The notes: a model not told the origin generated them from the letters alone. A stretch of DNA of 64,000 nucleotides from Acutalibacteraceae bacterium (GCA_045627825.1 JAZQON010000052.1:57380-121379), one strand, 5' to 3'. Shown: positions 26,305 through 35,959, counted from the first letter of the stretch. Program-made: numbers and translations.

Positions 26305-27174
26305 TTATTTTCCGAGCCAGACGGCACTTGCACCGCAGGGGAGAGCTCTGCCCGGCTTTGACGAAACGGGTATTCCTATTTCGTCACTCTGAGTTGTTCC
26401 GCCGAATTTTTTCTGAACGGTCTCTCCGAGAATATATTCCATAACACTCGGAGAAAGACCCGTTGTGTAGGAATTTATCAGCACCATAAGAGATTTATCG
26501 TAAAGAAGCCCGGAACACATTTCAACGAATGAATAAACCTCGTTTTCGAGTTTCCACACTTCTCCGCCCGGGCCTCTGCCGTATGAGGGCGGGTCCATGA
26601 TGATTATATCGTATTTATTTCCACGCCTGATTTCACGCTGAACGAATTTTATGCAGTCATCAACGAGCCAGCGCACGGGAGCTTCGGTCAAGTGGCTGGC
26701 GGCGGCATTCTCCTTTGCCCAAAGGGTCATTCCCTTTGAAGCATCAACATGGGTAACGCTTGCTCCGGCTTCAAGAGCCGCAACTGTGGCGCCGCCCGTA
26801 TATGCAAAAAGGTTCAACACCTTAACGGGTCTGCCTGCGTTTCTGATTATATCGGCGGTCATCTTCCAGTTTACCGCCTGCTCGGGAAAAAGTCCGGTAT
26901 GCTTGAAACCCATTGTTTTTATGTTGAAACGCAGATTTTCAAATCCTACCTGCCATACATCGGGCATTTTTTTGCAAATCTGCCAGCTTCCGCCGCCCGT
27001 GTTTGAACGGTTATATATTGCGTGCGGATTATACCAGAGCGGATTTTCCTTTGGCGTTTTCCATATAACCTGAGGGTCGGGGCGCACGAGGATAATATCA
27101 TTCCAGCGTTCAAGTCTTTCACCGTCGGAGCAATCTATAAGCTCATAATCTTTCCAAAAATCGGCTGTTCTCAT
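26305..27174 (-). CDS. Class I SAM-dependent rRNA methyltransferase (RlmI/RlmK-like, PF10672-type)
   Basis: VLNLFAYTGGATVAA (SAM motif I) and IIMDPPSYG (motif IV). Confidence 0.75.
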   Translation of the reverse strand: MRTADFWKDYELIDCSDGERLERWNDIILVRPDPQVIWKTPKENPLWYNPHAIYNRSNTGGGSWQICKKMPDVWQVGFENLRFNIKTMGFKHTGLFPEQAVNWKMTADIIRNAGRPVKVLNLFAYTGGATVAALEAGASVTHVDASKGMTLWAKENAAASHLTEAPVRWLVDDCIKFVQREIRRGNKYDIIIMDPPSYGRGPGGEVWKLENEVYSFVEMCSGLLYDKSLMVLINSYTTGLSPSVMEYILGETVQKKFGGTTQSDEIGIPVSSKPGRALPCGASAVWLGK

Positions 27175-27189
27175 TTTATTACCTCTGTA

Positions 27190-28215
27190 TCAAAAATGCT
27201 GTTGTCCGGGCATCGGTATGCCGAGATGTGCATATCCGGCAGGCGTTACGCATCTGCCCCTCGGAGTTCTGCTGAGGAAGCCTATCTGCATAAGATAAGG
27301 CTCATAAACATCCTCAATCGTAACGGCTTCTTCACCGATTGCGGCGGCTATCGTTTCAAGTCCGACGGGGCCCCCGGCATAATTTTTTATCATCGTTTTG
27401 AGAATGAGCCTGTCTATCGAATCAAGACCCAATTCGTCTATTTCCATTTTGTCAAGCGCAATTGAGGAAGCTTCTTTGGTTATTTCACCGTTGCAGATTA
27501 CCTGCGCATAGTCACGGGAACGCTTTAACAGACGGTTTGCAATACGGGGAGTTCCTCTTGAACGGGAAGCAATTTCGAGCGCTCCGTCGGGGTCGATTTC
27601 TATTCCGAGAATACCTGCGCTTCGGGTGACTATTCTTGAAAGCTCATCGGGAGTGTAAAGCTCCAGACGGCTGATAACTCCGAAACGGTCTCTGAGCGGT
27701 GCACTGAGCTGACCGGCTCTTGTTGTTGCGCCCACAAGCGTAAAGCGGTGCAGGTCAAGCCTGATTGAGCGAGCCGAAGGCCCTTTGCCGATAATGATAT
27801 CAAGCACATTATCTTCCATTGCGGGATAAAGCACCTCTTCAACCGCTCTTGAAAGACGGTGGATTTCATCTATGAAAAGCACATCGCCATCTTCGAGATT
27901 GGTCAGCAGAGCCGCAAGGTCACCGGGCTTTTCAATTGCGGGGCCGCTTGTAACTCTGAAATTGACACCCATTTCATTTGCAATTATGCCGGCAAGAGTG
28001 GTTTTGCCCAAGCCGGGAGGGCCATAGAGCAGAACATGGTCAAGCGGCTCGCCACGCTGACGGGCGGCTTCAATATATATCGAAAGACTTTCCTTAACCT
28101 TTTCCTGACCGATATATTCATCAAGTGATTTCGGGCGCAGGGAAAGCTCAATATCGCTGTCCTCGGCAGGGGAATATTCACTGCCGATTATTCTGTTTTC
28201 AAAATCAAAATCCAT
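27190..28215 (-). CDS. ruvB: Holliday junction branch-migration helicase
   Basis: [17 protein letters not shown], Walker [12 protein letters not shown], Walker B FIDEIHRL. Confidence 0.97.
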   Translation of the reverse strand: MDFDFENRIIGSEYSPAEDSDIELSLRPKSLDEYIGQEKVKESLSIYIEAARQRGEPLDHVLLYGPPGLGKTTLAGIIANEMGVNFRVTSGPAIEKPGDLAALLTNLEDGDVLFIDEIHRLSRAVEEVLYPAMEDNVLDIIIGKGPSARSIRLDLHRFTLVGATTRAGQLSAPLRDRFGVISRLELYTPDELSRIVTRSAGILGIEIDPDGALEIASRSRGTPRIANRLLKRSRDYAQVICNGEITKEASSIALDKMEIDELGLDSIDRLILKTMIKNYAGGPVGLETIAAAIGEEAVTIEDVYEPYLMQIGFLSRTPRGRCVTPAGYAHLGIPMPGQQHF

Positions 28216-28229
28216 TTATTTTTTCTCCG

Positions 28230-28838
28230 TCAAAAGTTTTTGGCAAGTAACTTAAGCGCCTGCTTTATCATTTCTTCCGTTGAAAGGTTTCCGTCAAGCT
28301 TGCCGACCGCTATGCTTGCTTCGGAACGGCTGTAACCGAGCATTGTGAGCGCATTCACGGCATCCTCTCCGGCGTAGCTGATTGCCGCTTTCTTTGCGGC
28401 GGCAATATTGCCCTTTGCCTGAGCCGTGGCGGCAAAAACATCGAGTTTTCCACGAAGCTCAAGCACAACCCTCTGTGCAAGCTTCGGTCCCACACCCTGA
28501 GCGGCGGTTATCGCCTTAACATCTCCGCCCTCAACGCTCACGGCAAGCATATCGGGGGTGAGCTGAGAGAGAATTGCCAGCGCCGCCTTCGGACCTACGC
28601 CCGATACACCCGTGAGGAGCTTGAAGCAGTCAAGCTCGTTTTTATCGGCAAAGCCGAAAAGGTCGAGCGCATCCTCACGCACATTCAGATGTGTATAGAG
28701 GGTCTGCACCTCTCCTACGGGAGCGCATTTCTTAAGAGTATTCAATGTTGTGAAAAGACGGAAGGCAACGCCGGAGCAGTCAATTGCAACGCTCGTTTCG
28801 TCGGCATATACCACCGTGCCGGTCAGACTGTAAAACAT
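28230..28838 (-). CDS. ruvA: Holliday junction DNA-binding protein
   Basis: MFYSLTGTV... OB-fold N-terminus and HhH motifs (GVGPKAALAILS, GVGPKLAQRVV). Confidence 0.95.
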   Translation of the reverse strand: MFYSLTGTVVYADETSVAIDCSGVAFRLFTTLNTLKKCAPVGEVQTLYTHLNVREDALDLFGFADKNELDCFKLLTGVSGVGPKAALAILSQLTPDMLAVSVEGGDVKAITAAQGVGPKLAQRVVLELRGKLDVFAATAQAKGNIAAAKKAAISYAGEDAVNALTMLGYSRSEASIAVGKLDGNLSTEEMIKQALKLLAKNF

Positions 28839-28861
28839 TTTATCAACACCTTTTTAATAGA

Positions 28862-28910
28862 TAGAAGAGAGGAGAGAGAAGAGAGGAGTTTTCGCTTCAC
28901 CGGATTATAT
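28862..28910. repeat. Purine/pyrimidine tract plus the left inverted-repeat arm of the NERD cassette
   Basis: AGAAGAGAGGAGAGAGAAGAGAGGAG tract, then TTCGCTTCACCGGATTATAT (28891-28910). The latter is the imperfect reverse complement of 29883-29900. Confidence 0.6.
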
Positions 28911-29900
28911 ACTATAAATTTTCAATATATCTGCATTTAGGAAAAGCAGAGCAACCGTAAAACTGTTTTCCTGCATTATCGCCTTTCTTTGCTGTGCGGA
29001 GTATAAGCTTACTGCCGCATCTGGGACATAATTTTTCTTCGGGTGTATCATCGTTATGTTCCGAAGAAATTTCTTCAACCGTTTCGGGTTGGCTTGTTAA
29101 ATCATCGGATTGAGCTGATAAATCAATTGCCGGTTTCTGTTCATGCTGAGGCGGAATTTTTTCTTTTTCAGCCGGTTTTTGATATTTGCGTTCAATATCT
29201 TTTATGTGTGCCTGCTTTATAGATTCATCCGCATTGGTTAGAATTTTTAATTTCTCATATATCTCGTTTACTTTTTCTTCGCTGAGCTTATTCTCTGTTT
29301 TGTCCCAAATATCTCTGATGTTTCCGATTAATCTGTCTCTTTTTATAACTCTCAAATTAAGTTGAGGTTCAGGCTTTTTCTTTATTTCACATCTCTCCGA
29401 AAAAACAATAAGGGAAAACATGGGAATATCTTCTTCAAGATAATTCGACAGCCATTTTATATGAGTTTTATTTTGAAGAATGGGGTTATAAAATTTGTTT
29501 TTTTCTTTATTCGGAAGCATTGCAGTCCAATAATATGACTCTTCGCTTCCGAAAATCCACCCTGAATAGTTTTTGCTTTCTATGACAAATATGCCTTTCT
29601 GCGTGATATAGATTACATCAATTTCGCTTGTTTCGTTGTTATCTTTCGGAACATATACATTTTTTAAAATCAAACCGTTTTCCCCGAACAGCTTTAACCA
29701 TTTTAATTCCTTTTCGGTCAGCTTTTCACCTCTTGCGCCTAACCACTCCGGTGTTCCTATCCCGAAAGATTCTAAAACCTTATCAAATAATATATCAAGG
29801 AGCGATTTTGCCATATTGATACCTCCCGAAAAGCTTTTGCTTCAACTCACTGTGGCAAATGGTTGATTTTATTATCATCCAAATATAATCCGAAGCGAAG
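28891..29900 (-). mobile_element. Putative single-gene cassette (NERD/Zn-ribbon) bounded by imperfect inverted repeats
   Basis: The arms share identical blocks TTCGCTTC and GGATTATAT with a 3-nt indel. The interior is visibly AT-rich compared with the flanking ruv genes. No transposase is present. Confidence 0.35.
28912..29814 (-). CDS. NERD-domain protein with a C-terminal topoisomerase-type C4 zinc ribbon
   Basis: NERD core GARGEKLTEKEL...SEIDVIYITQKGIFVIESKNYSGWI (EID...ExK). C-terminus CPRCGSKLILRTAKKGDNAGKQFYGCSAFPKCRY. An acidic/Pro-rich linker lies between the two. Confidence 0.85.
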   Translation of the reverse strand: MAKSLLDILFDKVLESFGIGTPEWLGARGEKLTEKELKWLKLFGENGLILKNVYVPKDNNETSEIDVIYITQKGIFVIESKNYSGWIFGSEESYYWTAMLPNKEKNKFYNPILQNKTHIKWLSNYLEEDIPMFSLIVFSERCEIKKKPEPQLNLRVIKRDRLIGNIRDIWDKTENKLSEEKVNEIYEKLKILTNADESIKQAHIKDIERKYQKPAEKEKIPPQHEQKPAIDLSAQSDDLTSQPETVEEISSEHNDDTPEEKLCPRCGSKLILRTAKKGDNAGKQFYGCSAFPKCRYIENL

Positions 29901-30129
29901 CGACCCTTAGCTTCTAACTTCTAACTAAATATCTCTTGCCGTCAAAATCGCAGATTTTGCCGACAAACTGCGGGATGCGGTCATCCCGCCCTACAATGCG
30001 GACTTATATATAATCGGGTATGGGCAGAGCCCGTCATTAACTTCTAACCGCTCACTTCTAACTTACAATCAATTACAATCGGAGCGAAGCGACCCTTAAT
30101 TCCGAACTCCGAATTCCGAATTCCGAATT
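29883..30129. repeat. Composite modular repeat block between the NERD gene and ruvC
   Basis: Direct repeats AATC(C/G)GA(A)GCGAAGCGACCCTTA at 29887-29909 and 30077-30098. CTTCTAA heptamers at 29911-29928, with AACTTCTAAC and CACTTCTAACTT further on. Hairpin module at 30003-30035. Four (T/C)TCCGAA heptamers at 30098-30129. Confidence 0.8.
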
Positions 30130-30605
30130 ATCAGCGACCCTGAGCAATGGCAATGGCAAATTGCCATTGCGAGGGCATCGGCGGCATCGTCGGGCTTCGG
30201 GATTTTTTCGAGGTTGAGCAGAAGCCTTGTCATCTCCTGAACCTGCTTTTTTTCCGCTCTGCCGTAGCCTACAACGCTCTGCTTTACCTGGAGAGGTGTA
30301 TATTCATAAACGGGTATATGATTTTTCTGCGCCGCCAGCACAAGCGCTCCTCTTGCCTGGGCAACATCAATGGCGGTTTTCTGATTTGTATTGAAAAACA
30401 GCTTTTCAATTGCCATGGCTTCCGGTCTGTATTTTTTCATAAGAGCATCGGCTTCATCATATATATGCTCAATGCGCTCGTTGAACGGCGTATGCGCTTC
30501 GGTGGTTATCGCTCCGTAGTCAAGCATTCTGAAATGATTTGATTTATATTCAACCACTCCGCAGCCCACTATGGCATAACCGGGGTCAATTCCCAAAACT
30601 ATCAT
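30096..30605 (-). CDS. ruvC: Crossover junction endodeoxyribonuclease
   Basis: MIVLGIDPGYAIVGCGVV and DAADALAMAICH catalytic motifs. The last ~11 codons (through ...IIRNSEFGVRN*) are encoded by the heptamer repeat. Confidence 0.93.
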   Translation of the reverse strand: MIVLGIDPGYAIVGCGVVEYKSNHFRMLDYGAITTEAHTPFNERIEHIYDEADALMKKYRPEAMAIEKLFFNTNQKTAIDVAQARGALVLAAQKNHIPVYEYTPLQVKQSVVGYGRAEKKQVQEMTRLLLNLEKIPKPDDAADALAMAICHCHCSGSLIIRNSEFGVRN

Positions 30606-31930
30606 TTTTTGTTTGACTCTCTTTCACGGATTATCATCTTTGTGGGCGTTCCCTCAAGTCCGAAAACTTCTCTTATCTGATTGTCAATATATCGCTGATA
30701 GCTGTAATGGAATAAGTCGGCTTTATTGACAAAGCAGATGAATGTCGGCGGCCTTGTGGAAGCCTGAGTGATATAGTAAATTTTAAGTCTTCTGCCCTTA
30801 TCCGACGGCGGCTGAACCCTTGCGGTTGCGTCCGCCAGAATATCATTGAGCTTACCCGTTGAAATTCGCATTGCATTCTGTTCATCAACGAATTTTATCA
30901 GTTCAAAGAGACGGTCAAGCCTGATTTTTTCTTTTGCGGAAATAAATATTATCGGAGCATAGCTCATAAACGAAAAATCATTCATCAGCTTTTTGCGGAA
31001 TTCATCCATTGTTTTGCCGTCCTTTTCAACGGCATCCCATTTGTTGACCGCAATAATACAGCCTTTGCCGAGGTCGTGGGCAATGCCGGCAACCTTGGAA
31101 TCCTGCTCGGTGAAGCCCTCCGTGGCATCAATCATAATAACGCATACCTGCGCTCTTTCAACTGCCATTCTTGCACGGATAACCGAATATTTTTCTATCT
31201 GGTCATAAACCTTGCTTTTGCGGCGCAGTCCTGCGGTATCAATGAATACGAATTTGCCATGCTCATTTTCAACGATTGAATCCGTTGCATCACGGGTTGT
31301 GCCGGCGATATCGGAAACTATCATTCTGTCTTCGCCGAGAACGGCGTTAACAAGAGATGATTTGCCTACATTCGGTTTGCCGATAACCGCAACCTTTATA
31401 TATTCGTCCTCGTCCTCCTCGTCTTCCGCTTCGGGCAGATATTTCAGAACCTCGTCAAGCAGGTCGCCCGTGCCGTGACCGTGAACCGATGAAACGGCTA
31501 TCGGGTCGCCGAGACCGAGATTATAGAATTCATAAAATTCAAGCGGCGGTTCGCCAATGGTGTCGCACTTATTAACGCAGAGAATAACGGGCTTTCCGCT
31601 TTTTTGAAGCATTGCGGCAACCTCGCTGTCGGTTGCAACAACGCCGCTTCTGACATCGGTAACAAGAATGATTACCTCGGCGCTGTCAATTGCAAGCTGA
31701 GCCTGACGCTTCATCTGACTTAAAATTATATCGTCTGACTGCGGCTCAATTCCGCCCGTATCAACAAGCATGAAATGCCTGTTTAGCCATTCGCAGTCAC
31801 CGTAAATACGGTCACGGGTAACGCCCGGCGTATCATCAACTATCGAAAGCCTTGCGCCCGTCAATTTATTAAAGAGAGTGGATTTGCCGACATTGGGTCT
31901 GCCGACGATTGCCACAACATTTCCCGACAT
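30602..31930 (-). CDS. der: Ribosome-biogenesis GTPase Der (EngA)
   Basis: Two G domains (GRPNVGKSTLFN, GKPNVGKSSLVN) plus a KH-like C-terminus. ATGA overlap with ruvC. Confidence 0.97.
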   Translation of the reverse strand: MSGNVVAIVGRPNVGKSTLFNKLTGARLSIVDDTPGVTRDRIYGDCEWLNRHFMLVDTGGIEPQSDDIILSQMKRQAQLAIDSAEVIILVTDVRSGVVATDSEVAAMLQKSGKPVILCVNKCDTIGEPPLEFYEFYNLGLGDPIAVSSVHGHGTGDLLDEVLKYLPEAEDEEDEDEYIKVAVIGKPNVGKSSLVNAVLGEDRMIVSDIAGTTRDATDSIVENEHGKFVFIDTAGLRRKSKVYDQIEKYSVIRARMAVERAQVCVIMIDATEGFTEQDSKVAGIAHDLGKGCIIAVNKWDAVEKDGKTMDEFRKKLMNDFSFMSYAPIIFISAKEKIRLDRLFELIKFVDEQNAMRISTGKLNDILADATARVQPPSDKGRRLKIYYITQASTRPPTFICFVNKADLFHYSYQRYIDNQIREVFGLEGTPTKMIIRERESNKK

Positions 31931-33247
31931 TTAATTACCTCCCAACATGGCGGAAAGAAGCTCGTCTCCGCCCGTACCGTTCTGACGGACGGGCACACCG
32001 AGCTGAGTCGAAAGCTCGTCCGTTGTCATATTATCAAGGAACATATCGCCCTCACTGCGCAGACAGTTAGGGGGAATGATAAGCTCCTGACCTATATCTT
32101 CATTTTCAACCGCATCCCGGATATCGGTTCCGCAGAGCAGACCCGAAACCGTTATCATTTTTCCGAAAAGCTTATTTTCGGCGGCGATGACATTTATATC
32201 GAGACCGTTTATTTTTTTCATTGCCGTTTCGGCAAGCTCCTTTATAAGCGGCTGAGCCGCTTTGCCCGTTACGATTGTTGCCCTGCGGTTTAATTCTTTT
32301 ACATCCGTTTCATCGAGTGCGCAAAGAAATTCCGAGCGAAGCAGTGCCCACATTCCCACGCCGTTTTCAAGCTGAGGGAAGCCATTGTAGTAATCTTCAT
32401 CGGGAATGCTTCTGCCTGCCGCAATATAAAATTCATCGGCGGCAAACGCTATTCTTTCGCCGTACTCTTTTTCGAATTCCGAACTGCATCGGTCGATTAT
32501 ATCTATAACCTCGCCGGCTGATTTTTCATCGTAGGGCTTGAGCGGATAAAGTCCCTCACGGTGGTCTGTAAGGCCGACCGGAACAGCCGCTATGCTTTGA
32601 ACAGACGGATAAAGCTTAAACAGCTCCTTAAGGCTGTATTCAAGCTCCGCACCGTCATTTATGCCCGGGCATAACACAAGCTGAGTATTCACGGATACGC
32701 CCGCTTCGGCAAATTTGCGCAGATATTTGAGAGATTCTCCTGCGTGAGGATTGAGCATCATTTTAACTCTCAGCTCCGGGTTCATGGTGTGAACGGATAT
32801 GTTGACGGGGCTGATGTGCATATCAATAATGCGCTGAGCTTCCTCATCGGTCATGTTCGTGAGCGTTACATAATTTCCGAAAAGAAATGAAAGGCGTGAA
32901 TCATCGTCTTTGAAGTAGAGACTGTCACGCAGTCCCTCGGGAAGCTGGTCAATAAAGCAGAATATACATTTGTTTTTGCAGGACTGCTGTTTATCCATAA
33001 GATAGGTTGCAAATTCAAGCCCTATATCCTCCGCTTCATCCTTGTGAACGGTAACGGCTCTGAATTTTCCCACGGCGCTTTTGAGCATCAGTCTGAGCCT
33101 GGTTTCGTTCAGATAAAAACGGTAATCAAGAACATCCCTTATGCTGTTTCCGTTAACGGAAATAAGGGTATCTCCTGCGTGTATTTTTTTCTTTTCCGCA
33201 ATACTGCCTTTTTCAACTCCCGTAATCAATGCCGACAATTTTATCAC
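31931..33247 (-). CDS. DUF512 / PDZ, radical-SAM-like protein commonly found upstream of der
   Basis: N-terminal PDZ (GSIAEKKKIHAGDTLISVNG). Cys motif CKNKCIFCFIDQLP. GTG start. Confidence 0.8.
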   Translation of the reverse strand: MIKLSALITGVEKGSIAEKKKIHAGDTLISVNGNSIRDVLDYRFYLNETRLRLMLKSAVGKFRAVTVHKDEAEDIGLEFATYLMDKQQSCKNKCIFCFIDQLPEGLRDSLYFKDDDSRLSFLFGNYVTLTNMTDEEAQRIIDMHISPVNISVHTMNPELRVKMMLNPHAGESLKYLRKFAEAGVSVNTQLVLCPGINDGAELEYSLKELFKLYPSVQSIAAVPVGLTDHREGLYPLKPYDEKSAGEVIDIIDRCSSEFEKEYGERIAFAADEFYIAAGRSIPDEDYYNGFPQLENGVGMWALLRSEFLCALDETDVKELNRRATIVTGKAAQPLIKELAETAMKKINGLDINVIAAENKLFGKMITVSGLLCGTDIRDAVENEDIGQELIIPPNCLRSEGDMFLDNMTTDELSTQLGVPVRQNGTGGDELLSAMLGGN

Positions 33248-33338
33248 CTGCCTATAATATCCGATTATAAAAGTATATCACACTTGTCAAGTGAAAAACA
33301 ATATATAATTTGTAAATAATAAAAATTTTTTAAATCTA

Positions 33339-33367
33339 TTGTAAAGAGATAAAATATAATATATAAT
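33339..33367 (+). promoter_or_regulatory. Candidate promoter for obg
   Basis: TTGTAA (33339-33344), 17-nt spacer, TATAAT (33362-33367). Confidence 0.5.
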
Positions 33368-33409
33368 GTAAACTGAAAAAATTTGCGCCGAGGAAAAGGA
33401 TTAATAAAT

Positions 33410-34681
33410 ATGTTTGTTGACAGTGCGAAAATAAAAATAAAGGCAGGCAACGGCGGTAACGGTGCCGTGAGCTTCCGCAGAGAAAAATATGTTGCGGCAG
33501 GCGGACCCGACGGCGGAGACGGCGGCAGGGGAGGAAACATTGTTTTTCAGGTTGACGATAACCTTGCAACGCTTGCCGATTTCAGATATAAAAGAAAATA
33601 TACCGCTCCGAACGGCGGAAACGGTTCGGGCGGCAGAAAAAACGGTAAAAAAGGCGAAGACCTTGTTATTCTTGTGCCGAGAGGAACCATAATAAAGGAA
33701 GCCGAAAGCGGAGCCGTTATGGCGGATATGTCGGGCGATGAACCGTTTATCTGCGCCAAGGGCGGCAGAGGTGGCTGGGGCAATCCCCATTTTGCAACCC
33801 CCACAAGGCAGGTTCCCCGTTTTGCAAAGGACGGTACTCCCGGCGAGGAATGGGAGGTTTGCCTTGAATTAAAGCTCCTTGCGGATGTGGGTCTGCTCGG
33901 ATTTCCGAATGTAGGAAAATCAACGCTTGTTTCGGTTGTGAGCGAAGCAAAACCGATAATAGCTAATTATCATTTCACAACTCTTACTCCCGTTCTCGGA
34001 GTGGTTTCTCTCGGAGAGGGAAGCTCATTCGTTATGGCGGATATACCCGGACTTATTGAGGGCGCCGGTGACGGAGTTGGTCTCGGACACGAATTTCTGC
34101 GCCATGTTGACCGTTGCCGTCTGCTGGTTCATATTGTTGATGCCGCAGGAAGCGAGGGCAGAGACCCTGTTGAAGATTTTGAAATAATCAATAAAGAGCT
34201 TGAAAAGTTTGACCCCGAGCTTGCAAAAAGGCCGCAGATTGTTGTTGCAAACAAGGTCGATTTGGCTTCGGACGAGCAGGTTGAAAGGCTTCGTGAATAT
34301 TTTGAAAGCAGAGGATTTGAATTTCATACGATGTGCGCTCCGATTGAGGAGGGCACGGCGGAGGTTGTTTCCGCAATATGGAATAAGCTTCAGACCCTGC
34401 CGCCGATAAAGAGATATGAAACGGAGAATATTCCTGCCGCACTGTTTGAAAATACAGATAACAAGGGCTTTGAAATCAGAGTTGAGGACGGTGTTTATTT
34501 CGTTGAAGCTCCGTGGCTTCTCAAAATTCTTCAGCGCACCGACCTTGATGATTACGAATCTCTGCAATATTTCCAGAGAGTGCTGATTTCAAGCGGAATA
34601 ATAGATGCTCTTCACGAAAAGGGAATAAGAGAGGGCGACACGGTTTCCGTATATGATTTGGAGTTTGATTTTGTTAACTGA
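33410..34681 (+). CDS. obg: GTPase Obg/CgtA
   Basis: MFVDSAKIKIKAGNGGNGAVSFRREKY Obg fold. G domain GFPNVGKST. C-terminal OCT/DUF1967-like domain. The ATG at 33410 is preferred over the track's 33383. Confidence 0.96.
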   Translation: MFVDSAKIKIKAGNGGNGAVSFRREKYVAAGGPDGGDGGRGGNIVFQVDDNLATLADFRYKRKYTAPNGGNGSGGRKNGKKGEDLVILVPRGTIIKEAESGAVMADMSGDEPFICAKGGRGGWGNPHFATPTRQVPRFAKDGTPGEEWEVCLELKLLADVGLLGFPNVGKSTLVSVVSEAKPIIANYHFTTLTPVLGVVSLGEGSSFVMADIPGLIEGAGDGVGLGHEFLRHVDRCRLLVHIVDAAGSEGRDPVEDFEIINKELEKFDPELAKRPQIVVANKVDLASDEQVERLREYFESRGFEFHTMCAPIEEGTAEVVSAIWNKLQTLPPIKRYETENIPAALFENTDNKGFEIRVEDGVYFVEAPWLLKILQRTDLDDYESLQYFQRVLISSGIIDALHEKGIREGDTVSVYDLEFDFVN

Positions 34682-34697
34682 TTGAGAGGTAATTTAC

Positions 34698-35108
34698 TTG
34701 AATTCTTTGTTGGAAAAGCCCTCAGAGGCTTCTCTGTTAAGTCCGTTGAACCTTGCGTTTATAGGCGATACGGTATATGACCTTCTTGTGAGAAGTGAGC
34801 TTGTGTGCGAAGCAAACAGACCCGTTGATGCGCTTCATAAAGCGGCTTCGAAAAGGGTTTGCGCCAAGGCGCAGGCGGCAAGCATAAAAGCGGTTATGCC
34901 TATGCTTACCGAGGAGGAAGAAACGGTATTCAAGCGTGGCAGAAATGCCGGAACAGGCGGAATACCGAAAAACCAGTCGAGCGCCGATTATCATTATGCA
35001 ACGGGGCTTGAAGCACTTTTCGGATGGCTGTATCTGCGTGGAGAAACAGACAGAATAAACGAGCTTTTTGCAAAAATAAAAGAAGCGGAAAGCGGGGAAA
35101 ACGGATGA
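34698..35108 (+). CDS. mrnC: Mini-ribonuclease 3
   Basis: LNLAFIGDTVYDLLVR and YHYATGLEALFGWLYL motifs. TTG start 8 nt after GAGAGG. Confidence 0.88.
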   Translation: MNSLLEKPSEASLLSPLNLAFIGDTVYDLLVRSELVCEANRPVDALHKAASKRVCAKAQAASIKAVMPMLTEEEETVFKRGRNAGTGGIPKNQSSADYHYATGLEALFGWLYLRGETDRINELFAKIKEAESGENG

Positions 35109-35959
35109 CAAAAAAAGAGGTATTGCATCTGATAAGAAACCTGCTTTTCTGGGCAATCGGCTGTGTATCATACTCAATAGGAGTTAATGTTTTCGTTAAG
35201 GCAAACGATATTGCGCAAAGCGGAATGACGGGCGTTGCGCTGATACTGAATAAATTATTCAGCTTCCCGATAGGTATAACGGGATTTATTCTCAATGTGC
35301 CGCTTCTTATATTGATGTGGATTTTTCTGAGCAAAAGACTTGTTGCAAGCACTCTTGTTGTTTCTGCGATTCTTTCTGCGGCGCTTGACGGCTTATCGTT
35401 TCTTCCCGTTTATACGGGTGATAAAATTCTTGCGGCGCTTTTCTGCGGATTATTTGAGGGCTTCGGTCTCGGTCTGATTATGACAACCGATGCCACGAGC
35501 GGCGGAACGGATATTATCGGAAAGCTTGTGCATAAAAGGTTTCCGCATATAACCGTCGGCAGAGTGGTTATGGTTTCGGATGCAATTGTAATCATATCGA
35601 ATATGATAGTTTTCAGAAGCATTGAAAGCGGACTTTACGCAATTATCATTATTTTCGTGAGCACCAAGGTTATAGATACGATGATTTACGGCACGGGCAG
35701 CGGAAAGATGGTAATGATTATAACCGAGAAAGCCGACGAAGTATCGAAGACCATAATTGATATTTCGCCGAGAGGAGTTACGATAGTTCCGGCAACGGGA
35801 GCTTACAGCGGAGAAAACAAAAATATGCTTGTCTGTGTTGCAAGAAAAAATGAAATTTCGGGAATTATCAAAATCGCTCAGACTGTTGACCCGAAAACCT
35901 TTATAATTGTCAGCGAAGCAAACGAAATACTCGGAAAGGGCTTTAATGCCACACTTTAA
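35105..35959 (+). CDS. YitT-family membrane protein (DUF161 + DUF2179)
   Basis: ATGA overlap with mrnC. Multiple TMs, SGGTDIIG motif, and a C-terminal DUF2179-like VTIVPATGAYSGENKNMLVCV. Confidence 0.82.
   Translation: MTKKEVLHLIRNLLFWAIGCVSYSIGVNVFVKANDIAQSGMTGVALILNKLFSFPIGITGFILNVPLLILMWIFLSKRLVASTLVVSAILSAALDGLSFLPVYTGDKILAALFCGLFEGFGLGLIMTTDATSGGTDIIGKLVHKRFPHITVGRVVMVSDAIVIISNMIVFRSIESGLYAIIIIFVSTKVIDTMIYGTGSGKMVMIITEKADEVSKTIIDISPRGVTIVPATGAYSGENKNMLVCVARKNEISGIIKIAQTVDPKTFIIVSEANEILGKGFNATL

Noticed and set aside
30103-30116. CGAACTCCGAATTC as a possible SOS box next to ruvC
   Set aside because: The second half-site (AATTC) does not match GTTCG. The sequence is simply part of the heptamer repeat. 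I saw no other Cheo-like box near ruvA, ruvB, ruvC or the NERD gene.
30098-30129. Heptamer arrays considered as a CRISPR array or CRISPR remnant
   Set aside because: The units are 7 nt long and directly tandem with no spacers. No cas genes are present. This is a microsatellite-like module of the repeat family.
33383-33409. Longer N-terminal extensions offered by the ORF track (obg 33383, YitT 35024, cvpA 21934, murA 5028, rlmH 2886, SDR 50491, GFO 49493, gap 2154, ecfT 24590)
   Set aside because: In each case a downstream start has a proper GGAGG-type RBS. That start reproduces the conserved family N-terminus and removes an overlap with the upstream gene.
33265-33569. Minus-strand ORFs of 77-91 aa rich in Pro, Leu and Phe
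   Set aside because: They overlap the obg promoter and the Gly-rich Obg N-terminal coding region in antisense. This is a compositional artefact of GGN/GCC repeats.
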